The translations under genes and the position numbers were made by a program. This document shows positions 49,800 to 59,759 of a stretch of 64,000 nucleotides of DNA, piece by piece; within the stretch, counting starts at the first letter, position 1; the number at the start of each line of letters is the position of its first letter. Source of the DNA: Promethearchaeia archaeon (lineage in GTDB: Archaea > Asgardarchaeota > Lokiarchaeia > Sigyniarchaeales > SOKP01); contig JAHQWL010000096.1 of NCBI GenBank assembly GCA_029856155.1, forward strand, positions 1-64,000. Reading direction: 5' to 3'. The notes beneath the pieces were generated by a model. That model had not been told where the DNA came from, ran no database searches, and saw only the letters and a list, made by a program, of their open reading frames with translations.

Positions 49800-51098
49800 T
49801 TACCCCCTCATCACCATTTCAGCAGCTTTAGCTGCAGCTCCACTGGCATCAATTACTGAATTTGGAATATCCATTGGTTCCCTACAAGTACCACAGAGAA
49901 ATATACCTTCTTTAGAGGATTTTTGGGGTTGATAACTCTCTGCTTTGAAAAAATTAAAATCATTTATTTTAATTCCAAGGATTTTAGCTAATTCTCCAGC
50001 ATCTTTTTTAGGTATCATAGTAGAAGCTAAAATTACTAAGTCAAATTTAAGTTGTTTCACTTGCGAAGTATTAATATCTTCATATATAATTAGAGGATTT
50101 CTTTGATCATCTTCTAATATCTTCGCTACCTTTCCTTTAATGTATTTAATAGCGTATTCATCACATCCCCTTTGAATATATTCTCGAAAACCTTTACCAG
50201 CAGCTCTAAGATCAATATAAAATATTGAAGTATCTATTTCATTATCATGCTCATAAGCTATCATTGCTTCTTTAGTGGTATACATACAGCAACAAGATGA
50301 ACAATATGGATTGTTTTTTATATCCCTTGAACCTACACAATTAATAAAAGCCAGTTTTTTAGGCTCATTTTTATCTGATGGTCTCGTCAAATGTCCTCCC
50401 AAAGGTCCAGAAGCACTAATTAATCTTTCAAATTCTAGAGCGGTAACAACATTGGGATATCGACCATATCCTAAAGAATCAAGAGTTTTTGGATTAAATA
50501 TATCATAACCTGTCGCTACAATGACTGATCCCACATTTAATTCCATTTCTTCATCCTTTTGATCGAAATCGATTGCTTCTCTTTCACAAACTTTTTCACA
50601 AATCCTGCAAGCGTTCTTTGTGAAAAATAAACAGTTTTCTTTATCTATAGTCATTATTGAGGGAACACCTTGAACATAATCAATATAGATTGCTCTACGT
50701 TTTCTTAATTTCATATCAAATTCATCATCTACCCTCATTGGACATTTTTCTATACATTGTCCACAATTAATACATTCTTCTGCTTTTACATATCTTGCTT
50801 TCTTGAAGATTTTCACAATGAAATTCCCTGGTTGACCTGATAAATTTTTTACTTCTGAAAGTGTATGTAAAGTAATATTTGGATGTCGAAAACATTCTGC
50901 GAGTTTTGGAGCTAAAATACAGATAGAACAGTCATTAGTAGGAAACGTTTTATCAAGTTGTGCCATTCGTCCTCCGATACAGGCATTTTTCTCAACCAAT
51001 TCGACGTTTATACCTCTTTCAGCTAAATCTAAAGATGCTTGAATTCCTGCGATTCCCCCTCCAATAACCATAACTGTTTTTAAATTTTTACCCAACAT
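49800..51098 (-). CDS. hdrA: HdrA-family subunit (module 1: FAD domain with inserted ferredoxin)
   Basis: [26 protein letters not shown]...CP, CVGSRD...YCSSCCCMY. Confidence 0.93.
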   Translation of the reverse strand: MLGKNLKTVMVIGGGIAGIQASLDLAERGINVELVEKNACIGGRMAQLDKTFPTNDCSICILAPKLAECFRHPNITLHTLSEVKNLSGQPGNFIVKIFKKARYVKAEECINCGQCIEKCPMRVDDEFDMKLRKRRAIYIDYVQGVPSIMTIDKENCLFFTKNACRICEKVCEREAIDFDQKDEEMELNVGSVIVATGYDIFNPKTLDSLGYGRYPNVVTALEFERLISASGPLGGHLTRPSDKNEPKKLAFINCVGSRDIKNNPYCSSCCCMYTTKEAMIAYEHDNEIDTSIFYIDLRAAGKGFREYIQRGCDEYAIKYIKGKVAKILEDDQRNPLIIYEDINTSQVKQLKFDLVILASTMIPKKDAGELAKILGIKINDFNFFKAESYQPQKSSKEGIFLCGTCREPMDIPNSVIDASGAAAKAAEMVMRG

Positions 51099-51115
51099 AA
51101 TTCCTCTCCTTTATA

Positions 51116-51985
51116 TTAAGCAATTTTTTGTAAAATATCATTAACTTTAATCCTATGGAAGTTGAAACCTAATTTATCCATATCCATTCCTAGAGCTAAA
51201 GCAATTAGCTCGGTTATGTAAAAAACTGGAAAATTATAGTTTGTATTTTTAATTTTATTTATTTCTCTCTGGTTGAAATCAAATTGTTGATAACAAGCGG
51301 GGCAAACACATGCAATACAATCTGTTCCTGCTTCTTTCATACTTTTAAGCTTACTCTCCAACATACTTAGGGAAATATCCTTATCAGATTTTTCTACGGG
51401 ATTCCCACAACAATCATTCTTCAAACTGTATTCAACTGGATTTGCTCCAGTTGCTTCAATTAATTCATCTAATGTTTTAGGATTTAGTGGATCATCCCAA
51501 TTTATTATTTCAGATGGACGTAAATAATGGCATCCCGGGTGACCCGCAACTCTTAGATCTTTTAATGGTTTCTTGACCTTTTCCTTAATTTTTTCAATAT
51601 TTTCATATAACACTTCAGCAAAATGTTTTATATCAATATTTCCTTTATAAGCTTTTCCAATTACCTTTAATTTCAAATTAATTTCTTTTTTCTTCTCGTT
51701 ATCATTATCTAAAATGTGTTTAACTGTTTTAAGAGATTCTGTACATCCAGAACATAGACTTAATATATTCTTTTTACTTTCTTCGAAAAGACATATATTT
51801 CTTGCTCCTAAAGTTAAGAATGTTTCATGATCCAATTGAGCCGCACCAGTAGGATCTGGGCAACATGAACATTTAGCTTGATCTCCAACTTTCAAACCAA
51901 TTTTTTCGAATGTACTTCGCGCAGATGCTTCTAAAAATGGTAGTCTTCCAGGAATTACACAGCCTAAAAAGTAACTATAAGACAT
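51116..51985 (-). CDS. hdrB: Heterodisulfide reductase subunit B (CCG domains)
   Basis: FLGC, SCCPDP, CSGC, HPGCH.LRP, CCG, CPAC..QFD. Confidence 0.93.
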   Translation of the reverse strand: MSYSYFLGCVIPGRLPFLEASARSTFEKIGLKVGDQAKCSCCPDPTGAAQLDHETFLTLGARNICLFEESKKNILSLCSGCTESLKTVKHILDNDNEKKKEINLKLKVIGKAYKGNIDIKHFAEVLYENIEKIKEKVKKPLKDLRVAGHPGCHYLRPSEIINWDDPLNPKTLDELIEATGANPVEYSLKNDCCGNPVEKSDKDISLSMLESKLKSMKEAGTDCIACVCPACYQQFDFNQREINKIKNTNYNFPVFYITELIALALGMDMDKLGFNFHRIKVNDILQKIA

Positions 51986-51986
51986 T

Positions 51987-52493
51987 TTATTTATTTACCT
52001 CAAACAGTTTTATTTTTTTTTCAAAATCAGTAGCATCTAACAATTTTTTTAATTCTTTAATATTAGCAGTTTCTACATTCGGAAGTCCCAATTGATCTCT
52101 TCTACGAATGATTGGTTGTGTTAGGGGAATTGCTAATCCATGTTGTATTACACTTATTGCTTGCATTTTATAAGTCTCAGGGTAAGGTTCTCCTAATAAC
52201 ACAATCTTATTTTTAATTTTCTCAAAAATTTCCGTCAAAAAAACGTTTTGGGGGCATTCTTCTACACACATCTGGCATGTACAACATAACCATACATTAG
52301 GTTTTTGATCTTTTAATAACAAATCTTTTAGCCCTAATAGTGATTGTTCGATAATTTTTCGAGGATTATATTCACCATTAGTGATTAAAGCAACAGGACA
52401 TGTGCTGGAACAAGTTCCACATTGATAACAATAATTTAGTGAGAAAGCTCCTTTAATCAGTTCATTTCGAAATTCAAAATCAACCATTTGCAT
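51987..52493 (-). CDS. hdrC: Heterodisulfide reductase subunit C
   Basis: CYQCGTCSSTCP, NPRKII, WLCCTCQMCVEECPQ. Confidence 0.93.
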   Translation of the reverse strand: MQMVDFEFRNELIKGAFSLNYCYQCGTCSSTCPVALITNGEYNPRKIIEQSLLGLKDLLLKDQKPNVWLCCTCQMCVEECPQNVFLTEIFEKIKNKIVLLGEPYPETYKMQAISVIQHGLAIPLTQPIIRRRDQLGLPNVETANIKELKKLLDATDFEKKIKLFEVNK

Positions 52494-53001
52494 AATCTTT
52501 AACCTATATAGTAATTAGTATGATATATTTTAGAATCTAATTATCTATTTTATAAATATTGATATTTTTAATAATATATTTATTATATTTTTAAGGATTA
52601 CAATAGTTTTTTCCAATATAATAATTAAGATCGATCTTAGTATTTAAAGATTTTTTACCATTTCGGAAATATATAACTTTTTTTAAAGTTTCCAACATTT
52701 TCATTTATGATTTTGAAAAATAAGTAAGAAAAAAGTATTAATTTAAAAGCTTTTTAACTTTTTAAATTATCACATTTGAATATTAATTCAAAATATGATT
52801 AAAAACGCAATTTTTTACAAGAAAAATTCTTAATATAAAAATAATGAAATCGGGAAGTATAATTTAAATTCCTATATTTTTATAGTAAAAAATATACGAT
52901 TTAAGTCATTTTCATATGTTTTTATTAATAAAAATTATAATATTTGTAAGTATTATAAAAATATTAATTAATTTTTAGATAGAAAGAAAAGGTAAATTAG
53001 T

Positions 53002-54132
53002 ATGTCTGAAGAACCTACAGCTAAAATGAGTGATATCATGCCTAAATCTTTCGAAGACCTCATTAAAGATGTCCATGAAAAAGATATCTGTGGAGAATGT
53101 GGAGGTTGTGTAAGTTTTTGTACCGCAGCAGATATAGGAGCTATTGAAATGACTGAAAATGGGTCACCTCATTATTCTAATGAAGAAAATTGTTTACATT
53201 GTGGAATATGCTATTTAATATGTCCTGAAACTTTTGAATTGAGAAATGAATTAAACAATAAATACGATTTTAAACCTCCAATTGGAAGTTGGCTTAAAAT
53301 TGTATCAGCTCAAGCGAAAGATCCAAATATTCGGGAAATAGCTACTGATGGGGGAGTTGTAACAGCTATCTTAATTGCACTTTTAGATAATAATTTAATA
53401 AATGGAGCACTTATATCAAAAAGAATTAGTTCTTTTAAGAGAATACCTTTTTTTGCTAAAACGAAGGAAGAAATTCTTGAAGCTGCAGGTACTTATTATG
53501 ATTTAAAAGGCCCTGTACCGGAATTAGGGAAATATAATACTTTTGTTTCCACTATTTCTGAATTAAAAAAAATTACTGATTCCGATTATATGAAAATTGC
53601 TGTGGTCGGAGTACCCTGTCAGATTCACTCCATTAGAAAAATGCAAGAACTCAATATAATTCCTGCTCATATTGTTAAATATACGTTAGGATTATTTTGT
53701 TATGAGAATTTTAAATTTAATGATGTTGCCAGAGCGAAAATTGAAGAAAGATTCAAATTTTCTTTTGAGGATATTGAGAAGATGAATATAAAAGACAATT
53801 TAATAATTTATTTAAGAAATAAAGATAGTCCCCTAAAGGTAGAATTTTCTGACCTTAGAGATATTATGAGACATGCTTGTAGAGTATGTAAAAATTTTTC
53901 AAACTATTTTGCTGATATTTCTTTTGGAGGTTTAGGTTCTCAAACAGGTTATACAACGGTTATGGTTAGAACTAAAACAGGAGAAAAGATCTACAATCTC
54001 GCTCAAAATAAAGGTTATATTATTGAACCAACTGAATTAAATACGTCTGTAGAAAAATCAAAATTATTAGCGCAAATCATTAGTTTTAGTAAAAGAAAGA
54101 TAAGAAGAGCTGAAGATTTTGAAGTAATATAA
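53002..54132 (+). CDS. FrhB/FdhB-family F420-interacting flavoprotein with N-terminal ferredoxin (FpoF/FqoF-like)
   Basis: CGECGGCVSFC, CLHCGICYLICP, DGGVVTA, VGVPCQ, LGLFC.ENF, AC..C..F...ADISFGG.G. Confidence 0.9.
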   Translation: MSEEPTAKMSDIMPKSFEDLIKDVHEKDICGECGGCVSFCTAADIGAIEMTENGSPHYSNEENCLHCGICYLICPETFELRNELNNKYDFKPPIGSWLKIVSAQAKDPNIREIATDGGVVTAILIALLDNNLINGALISKRISSFKRIPFFAKTKEEILEAAGTYYDLKGPVPELGKYNTFVSTISELKKITDSDYMKIAVVGVPCQIHSIRKMQELNIIPAHIVKYTLGLFCYENFKFNDVARAKIEERFKFSFEDIEKMNIKDNLIIYLRNKDSPLKVEFSDLRDIMRHACRVCKNFSNYFADISFGGLGSQTGYTTVMVRTKTGEKIYNLAQNKGYIIEPTELNTSVEKSKLLAQIISFSKRKIRRAEDFEVI

Positions 54133-54447
54133 GCAATTTGATAGAATTAAGAGCTCATTTTATAATTATAAGTAAAAATATTCCAAATATTATTGGAAAG
54201 AAAATTGGAAAAAACTTATTTAAAATTTAAAGTATTGGGGAAAAATTGGTTTATTTAATTAGAAATTATTTTTCTTAGGGGGTTTATACGAAAACTTGAA
54301 ATGAATAATAAGATATTAATAATTAAACCACAAATTAACTATTTAATAAATAATAAAATATATTATCCAAATATACTATCCTTTTAAATATATGAATAAG
54401 GAAAGTAAATTCAAGTTTCAATTGCATCATTAAAAAATTGGTGAGTC

Positions 54448-55131
54448 TTGGTGAAGATACTAGTAAGTGGTCCGTTGCAATCTGGAAAATCAAGTTACAT
54501 AAAAGCATTAGATCCAAATGCTTTGAATGTAGAAGCAAAAGGAAAGGATGAGAAATTTTATACAGTCGGGATGGATCTTGGAAGCGTAAAGTTAAATGGA
54601 TTTGATTGTTACTTATTTGGTACTCCCGGTCTTTTAAGATTTTCAATAATGAGAAGTATTGTCACCACAGGTTCTGATGGGATAATTTTTATTTTTGATG
54701 CTGCTGCTCCAGAAAAAGATGATAGTGCAATTGTAATATTAAATTCTGTACGTAAGTTATTACCTCCTAACACTCCAATAACATTTGTGGCAAATAAGCA
54801 GGATATTGAAGGCGCACGACCACCAGAAGTGATCCGAACTCAAAATTATTTACCTGAAGATAGTAAAATCTTTCCTACAAGTACAAAAACAGGAATGAAC
54901 ATAAGAGAATCAGTTACTTATTTAGTAAATCATATTTATGAAGAATATTCATCATTACTTCAAACACTTCGGGCATATGAGAATGATATTGAAGGGTTAG
55001 CACAAGAATTAAAAAAAGATAAGATTCAAATGCGAGATTTATTAAATAATTTAGAGATTAAACGATTTATTGAAGTGGATAGAATTAAAAAGGAATTTAA
55101 AGTAAGAAGTGGGTTAAAATATTTAGTTTAA
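54448..55131 (+). CDS. Small GTPase with C-terminal winged-helix-like domain
   Basis: GPLQSGKSS, TVGMDLG, GTPG, NKQD; start may be GTG 54451. Confidence 0.88.
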   Translation: MVKILVSGPLQSGKSSYIKALDPNALNVEAKGKDEKFYTVGMDLGSVKLNGFDCYLFGTPGLLRFSIMRSIVTTGSDGIIFIFDAAAPEKDDSAIVILNSVRKLLPPNTPITFVANKQDIEGARPPEVIRTQNYLPEDSKIFPTSTKTGMNIRESVTYLVNHIYEEYSSLLQTLRAYENDIEGLAQELKKDKIQMRDLLNNLEIKRFIEVDRIKKEFKVRSGLKYLV

Positions 55132-55148
55132 ATATTTTTTAAGTAAGT

Positions 55149-57026
55149 CTATTTTTTTAATGATAGAGGAGAAATTTCTTCCGTATTATATTCTTTTAAC
55201 AAATTTCTTATATTTTTCCTCAGGCTTTTAAGTAAATTCCAGAAAAATTTAGGTACATCCTTTTCTTTTTTATACATTGTTTCTATACGATCTAATTTAC
55301 CGAGAAGCTTATTAGGTCTAATAGAAAATTGTTTAATATAATCTTCTTCTGTATATTCCTTCTGAAGATATTGTTTAAAGAGTACTTTTAAATCTAAGTA
55401 TATGGGGATATAACCAATAGGTGTCTCTATTGCCTCATAATCATTATGAACACGACCTTCTGCCCAAATAACCCAACACAACTTATCTAAAATACCGTTT
55501 AAATATTTTCCTTCTTTATTTTTAAGAAAATAATTAGTCGCAAACACTTTAGGGCAATGATCTAATTGATTTCCAAATTTTTGGTGGTTTCTTAAATATT
55601 TCCCTAAACTTAAGACTAAGAAATCAAGATTAGCCATAGGATTGGCTTGTCTAACACCTTCTGCTCCAAGGGTTGCTGAAGTAGTTTCTGATTCAATAGA
55701 AGCCCCTAAAAAAACTCCATGTTCCCAGTCAAGACTTTCAATTACGGGGGGCATTGTATCACTATCACGGCCTCCATAAAGTATGCCATGTACGGGTACT
55801 CCATCTGGATTATGGAGATTAGGATCCGCATTATTCAATTCTTCGATACGGATCGTGTATCGAGCATTTGGATGAGCGAGAGGTATTTCTCTCCCATCAA
55901 TATCTTTCTTTCCTTTATTCCAATTACCGGAAAAATTAAATCCTTCGTCTGGGATTTTTCTTCCATCTCCAATCCAATAAGGCTTTCCATCTTTAACAAA
56001 CACATTAGAAAAAATAGTTTCTCTAGGAGTTGTTAAAGCGTCAAATATCACAGGATCATCTTTAGCATTTACATCTTTGATAATTCCAAAGATACCTCTC
56101 TCAATGTTAACCGAATGAGCATATCCATCTTCCCAAACTCGAAGATAGGCTATATCATCTCCGACTATAGTTTGTCCTGGTAACATTGCGGTGCTAGTTT
56201 TGCCACAAGCAGAAGGAAATGCACCACAGAAATATGAAGTTCTACTTTTTCCTTTAGGATGAACTCCCATTATAAAGTAATGCTCTGTTAGCCAATTTTC
56301 ATTATTAGCTTTATATATTGCTAAACGCAAAGCGAGTTTTTTTAATCCAAGTGAATTTCCTGCATATTGATTATTAACTGAAAGCACACGTCCTTCTTTC
56401 AAATCTATATAAATCCTCCTTTTATCGAGATTTTTAGTAACTGGTGGATTACCAGTTAATTCTCCCGAAGAATGAATGAAATAGAAGAATTCATCGGATC
56501 CGTTTAATACTTTGAATTCCTCGTAGCCTGCTCTATAAAGAAGATCTTCTGAATGAGCAACATAAAACGAATCTGTTAATTGAAGTGCAAGTATTGAAAA
56601 TTTCGAATTTTTTGGCCCTAAGCAGAAAAACCGTATTACACATTCATGACCTTCCATGCAACCATTCATTATTTCCATAATTTCCATTAATCCTTTTTCT
56701 CTTTCCATGGTATTTATCCAAGGAAATAAATCTTTTTGTCCTTTAGGCACTAGCACTTGAGTATTCTCTTTGTCTCTAGCTTGATCATGATTAATCATCG
56801 TAAAAAACCCATCGTAATGTATTGTATGGCCTTCCAGATTTAATCTTGCTTCTTCACCAAGTTTGACAGCCCTATCTCTGACATAGTCAATATCTTCTTT
56901 TGAATCTGTTATAACTGTAACCTTAGAGGGTTTACATATTGTAACAAACTCAGCTACAACTTTTATAACGTGAGAGTTATTGAGAGCTTTTAATTTATCA
57001 AGGTTATTTTTATCGATAACTTCCAT
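55149..57026 (-). CDS. pckG: Phosphoenolpyruvate carboxykinase (GTP)
   Basis: YAGNSLGLKK.ALRL, EH, AFPSACGKTS.AM, VGDDIA, HPNARY, GGRD. Confidence 0.96.
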   Translation of the reverse strand: MEVIDKNNLDKLKALNNSHVIKVVAEFVTICKPSKVTVITDSKEDIDYVRDRAVKLGEEARLNLEGHTIHYDGFFTMINHDQARDKENTQVLVPKGQKDLFPWINTMEREKGLMEIMEIMNGCMEGHECVIRFFCLGPKNSKFSILALQLTDSFYVAHSEDLLYRAGYEEFKVLNGSDEFFYFIHSSGELTGNPPVTKNLDKRRIYIDLKEGRVLSVNNQYAGNSLGLKKLALRLAIYKANNENWLTEHYFIMGVHPKGKSRTSYFCGAFPSACGKTSTAMLPGQTIVGDDIAYLRVWEDGYAHSVNIERGIFGIIKDVNAKDDPVIFDALTTPRETIFSNVFVKDGKPYWIGDGRKIPDEGFNFSGNWNKGKKDIDGREIPLAHPNARYTIRIEELNNADPNLHNPDGVPVHGILYGGRDSDTMPPVIESLDWEHGVFLGASIESETTSATLGAEGVRQANPMANLDFLVLSLGKYLRNHQKFGNQLDHCPKVFATNYFLKNKEGKYLNGILDKLCWVIWAEGRVHNDYEAIETPIGYIPIYLDLKVLFKQYLQKEYTEEDYIKQFSIRPNKLLGKLDRIETMYKKEKDVPKFFWNLLKSLRKNIRNLLKEYNTEEISPLSLKK

Positions 57027-57248
57027 TTTAATTTTTTTATCTATTTTTATTATAAAATCAATTAATAATGATTATAGATGTGTTATAGGAAAAGTTCTGA
57101 GTTTTTTTAATTTTACTTTTTTTATATTTTCAGTTTTCCAAGCAGATATTTATAGTTTGAGAAGATTAAATCTTTAAAACTTTGAAAAACTTGAATAGAA
57201 TTTATTAAAATATAAAAAAAAAGAAATAAAGTAGAATTGTATTAATTA

Positions 57249-58838
57249 TTATAATCCTTCAGGTCTACTCCCTTTGGCACTTATGATTCTGTCTACTCTT
57301 AAGATAAGATTCGCTAGCTCACTACCAGATTTTATAATATGATTTATTAATTCGGCGGGTTCAACAATTCCCCTTTTATAATTATCTCCAATAGTATTTG
57401 TTATAGTATCGATTCCTACCCACTTATCATCATCAGTTTTATGTGCTGCTCTTAATTCAGTTAACTTTTCAATTTCTGCTAATCCGGCATTTTTGATTAA
57501 GGTTTTCGGGATTTCTTCTAGTGCTAAGGCAAACGCATTCACAGCTAGTTGTTCTTTTCCGCTAATTTCGTTCGCATAAGTTCTTATTCTTTTAGCAAGT
57601 TCGATATATATTGCACCTCCCCCTGCTACTACAGTCTTAGTATCTATTATTTTAGCTATAACTGACAATACATCGTTTAACGAGACTTCGGCGGTACTAA
57701 GAATCTTATCTAGACCCCCTTTTATCAAAATAGACACAGATTTAGGATTTTTACATCCTGTAAATAAGGTATATTCGTCATCTCCAAGTTTTTCAAAATG
57801 GATTCTTTCTGCAAATCCTAAATCATCTTCTGAAAGTGAGGTTAAATCATCAACAAGTTTTGCACCAACAGCCTTTAATATTGATTTATAATCACTTTCA
57901 CCGACGCTTTTTATAGCAGCAATCCCTTCTTTTGCTAAATAAGCACCAAATTTGTCAGAGATATCACTGCTGTTTACAACCATATTTACTCCTAAATCTT
58001 TAAAGATTTTTAAATAATCTAATAGAATTTTATCTTCTTGGTCAAGAAATTTTTGAATATCAGAAGGGCTAGAAATACGAACTTGAGCATCAAATTCAGT
58101 CTTTTTTACATCTAATTTTCTTCTAATAACAGCAATTCTAGCATCTTTTATAGACACAGGCATCATAGCATTTACTTTTTCTTTTTGAGTGTATACTCCG
58201 TTAATTAATTCGGTATCTTTTAGAGATTTTCCCGGTGCTTTAACGATTTTAACGTTGCTTACCTTTGCAAAATTATTGCCTTTCTCATCTGCTATCTGTT
58301 TTATTGCCTTTAAGGCTAAATCTGCAAAAAAATCCTTCAATGGAGCAATATCCTTAGAATTCATAGCTGTTTTTGCAGCATTTTTAAGAACTTCATCATC
58401 GTCACTTGAAATTTTTATTGATATTTCTTTAATAATTGAAAGTGCTTTATCGGCGGCTAACTTATATCCATGAGTAATAGGTCTCGGATGAATACCTTGC
58501 TCAACCAATTCTAAGGCGTTGTTTAGTAAAGCAGCAGAAAAAATTACAGCAGAAGTAGTGCCATCACCAATATCTTCATCAATCGATTTTGCTACATTAA
58601 CCATCATGTTTGCAGCTATATTTTCGATGTCTAAATTTTTAAGAATCTCTGCTCCGTCATTAGTAATTGTAACATCGCCAAGAGAATCAACAAGCATTTT
58701 TGACATTCCTTTAGGGCCTAGAGTGGATCGTACGGTTTCTGCGATCGCAACCATTGCTGTAATATTCTGTTTTCGAGCTTCTTTCTCACGTACTTCCTCT
58801 GTTCCTTCCTTAAGTATTATAATTGGTACATTTGACAT
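57249..58838 (-). CDS. ths: Thermosome (group II chaperonin) subunit
   Basis: STLGPKGMSKMLVD, ITNDGA, GDGTTS, AGGGA, ILRVD. Confidence 0.95.
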   Translation of the reverse strand: MSNVPIIILKEGTEEVREKEARKQNITAMVAIAETVRSTLGPKGMSKMLVDSLGDVTITNDGAEILKNLDIENIAANMMVNVAKSIDEDIGDGTTSAVIFSAALLNNALELVEQGIHPRPITHGYKLAADKALSIIKEISIKISSDDDEVLKNAAKTAMNSKDIAPLKDFFADLALKAIKQIADEKGNNFAKVSNVKIVKAPGKSLKDTELINGVYTQKEKVNAMMPVSIKDARIAVIRRKLDVKKTEFDAQVRISSPSDIQKFLDQEDKILLDYLKIFKDLGVNMVVNSSDISDKFGAYLAKEGIAAIKSVGESDYKSILKAVGAKLVDDLTSLSEDDLGFAERIHFEKLGDDEYTLFTGCKNPKSVSILIKGGLDKILSTAEVSLNDVLSVIAKIIDTKTVVAGGGAIYIELAKRIRTYANEISGKEQLAVNAFALALEEIPKTLIKNAGLAEIEKLTELRAAHKTDDDKWVGIDTITNTIGDNYKRGIVEPAELINHIIKSGSELANLILRVDRIISAKGSRPEGL

Positions 58839-58891
58839 TTTAATTACACTTTTTTTTATGAAATTTGAATTATTATTTATAAAGATCTCTA

Positions 58892-58923
58892 TGTCATAAA
58901 AATTTTATCAAATTTATATGACA
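58892..58923. promoter_or_regulatory. 14-bp inverted repeat upstream of the thermosome TATA box
   Basis: TGTCATAAAAATTT-TATC-AAATTTATATGACA (13/14 complementary). Confidence 0.5.
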
Positions 58924-59058
58924 ACTAATTTTATTTGATTTTAAATTAACTCCAGATGACATTAAAGGTTAATATTAGCCGATCTTGCTTTTATATTAGA
59001 AGAATTGTTCTTATATGCTTTTGGAGTCTCTATAGTTCGCATATCTGAGATTTGCTTA

Positions 59059-59517
59059 TCAGATTTCGATGAAACTCGTATTTTTGTATTCTTTTAAAAT
59101 CATATTTGAATTTGTACGGGTAACATAATTTTTTTTGTTTAATTCTCTAATGAAATTATGAACATCTTCAGATTCTTTAAATCTACAAATCAAGGCTGCT
59201 GATTGTTCCCCAGTCGTGTGAAAAACATTACAAACTTCAGGTTTTTTAGCAATATCCTTTAATATCTCCTCAGTAAATTTTCCGTCTACGTTGATTCTTA
59301 TCAAAAAGGTTAATTTATAACCGAGTTTTTCGTTATTGAGTCTGAGTGTATACCCTTCTATTACTCCACTCTTTTTTAATTTAGTAATTCGATTATGTAT
59401 AGTTCCAATTGAGATTCCTAATTTATCTTGAATTTCCCTATAAGAAGTTCTAGCATTTTCTTGAAGTATACGGATGATTTGTTTGTCAATTTCATCTAGA
59501 ACTTTCTCTTTCTTCAT
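59059..59517 (-). CDS. Lrp/AsnC family transcriptional regulator
   Basis: LDEIDKQII..LQENARTSYREI...LGISIGTIHNRI.KL...GVI.GY. Confidence 0.93.
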   Translation of the reverse strand: MKKEKVLDEIDKQIIRILQENARTSYREIQDKLGISIGTIHNRITKLKKSGVIEGYTLRLNNEKLGYKLTFLIRINVDGKFTEEILKDIAKKPEVCNVFHTTGEQSAALICRFKESEDVHNFIRELNKKNYVTRTNSNMILKEYKNTSFIEI

Positions 59518-59759
59518 TAAAAACCAATCCAAATAAAATTATGCGATTTATTAAGATCAATATATTTTATTATGAGAAATATATAAAATTTTATAAAAAT
59601 TTAAATTAAAATCTAATTTTCATTGAAAATTTTTTAAAAAACTCTGAATAATTATTTTTTGGATTATAGAATTTTTATATATTATGTTGATTTGTAATCA
59701 ATATTTATTATGCTAGATGTATTTGTATTATTATTAAACATTGACAGTAGTAGAAAAAT

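Noticed and set aside
43893-52493. Selenocysteine in HdrA/MvhD, as known for some Lokiarchaeota
   Set aside because: All these ORFs are full length with Cys codons and have no in-frame TGA
58950-59065. TGA-TAA end of lrp with an overlapping hairpin, and a nearby ATGA...GA hairpin, as Sec/SECIS
   Set aside because: The stems are too short, there is no Cys-equivalent position in Lrp, and the second hairpin is on the wrong strand
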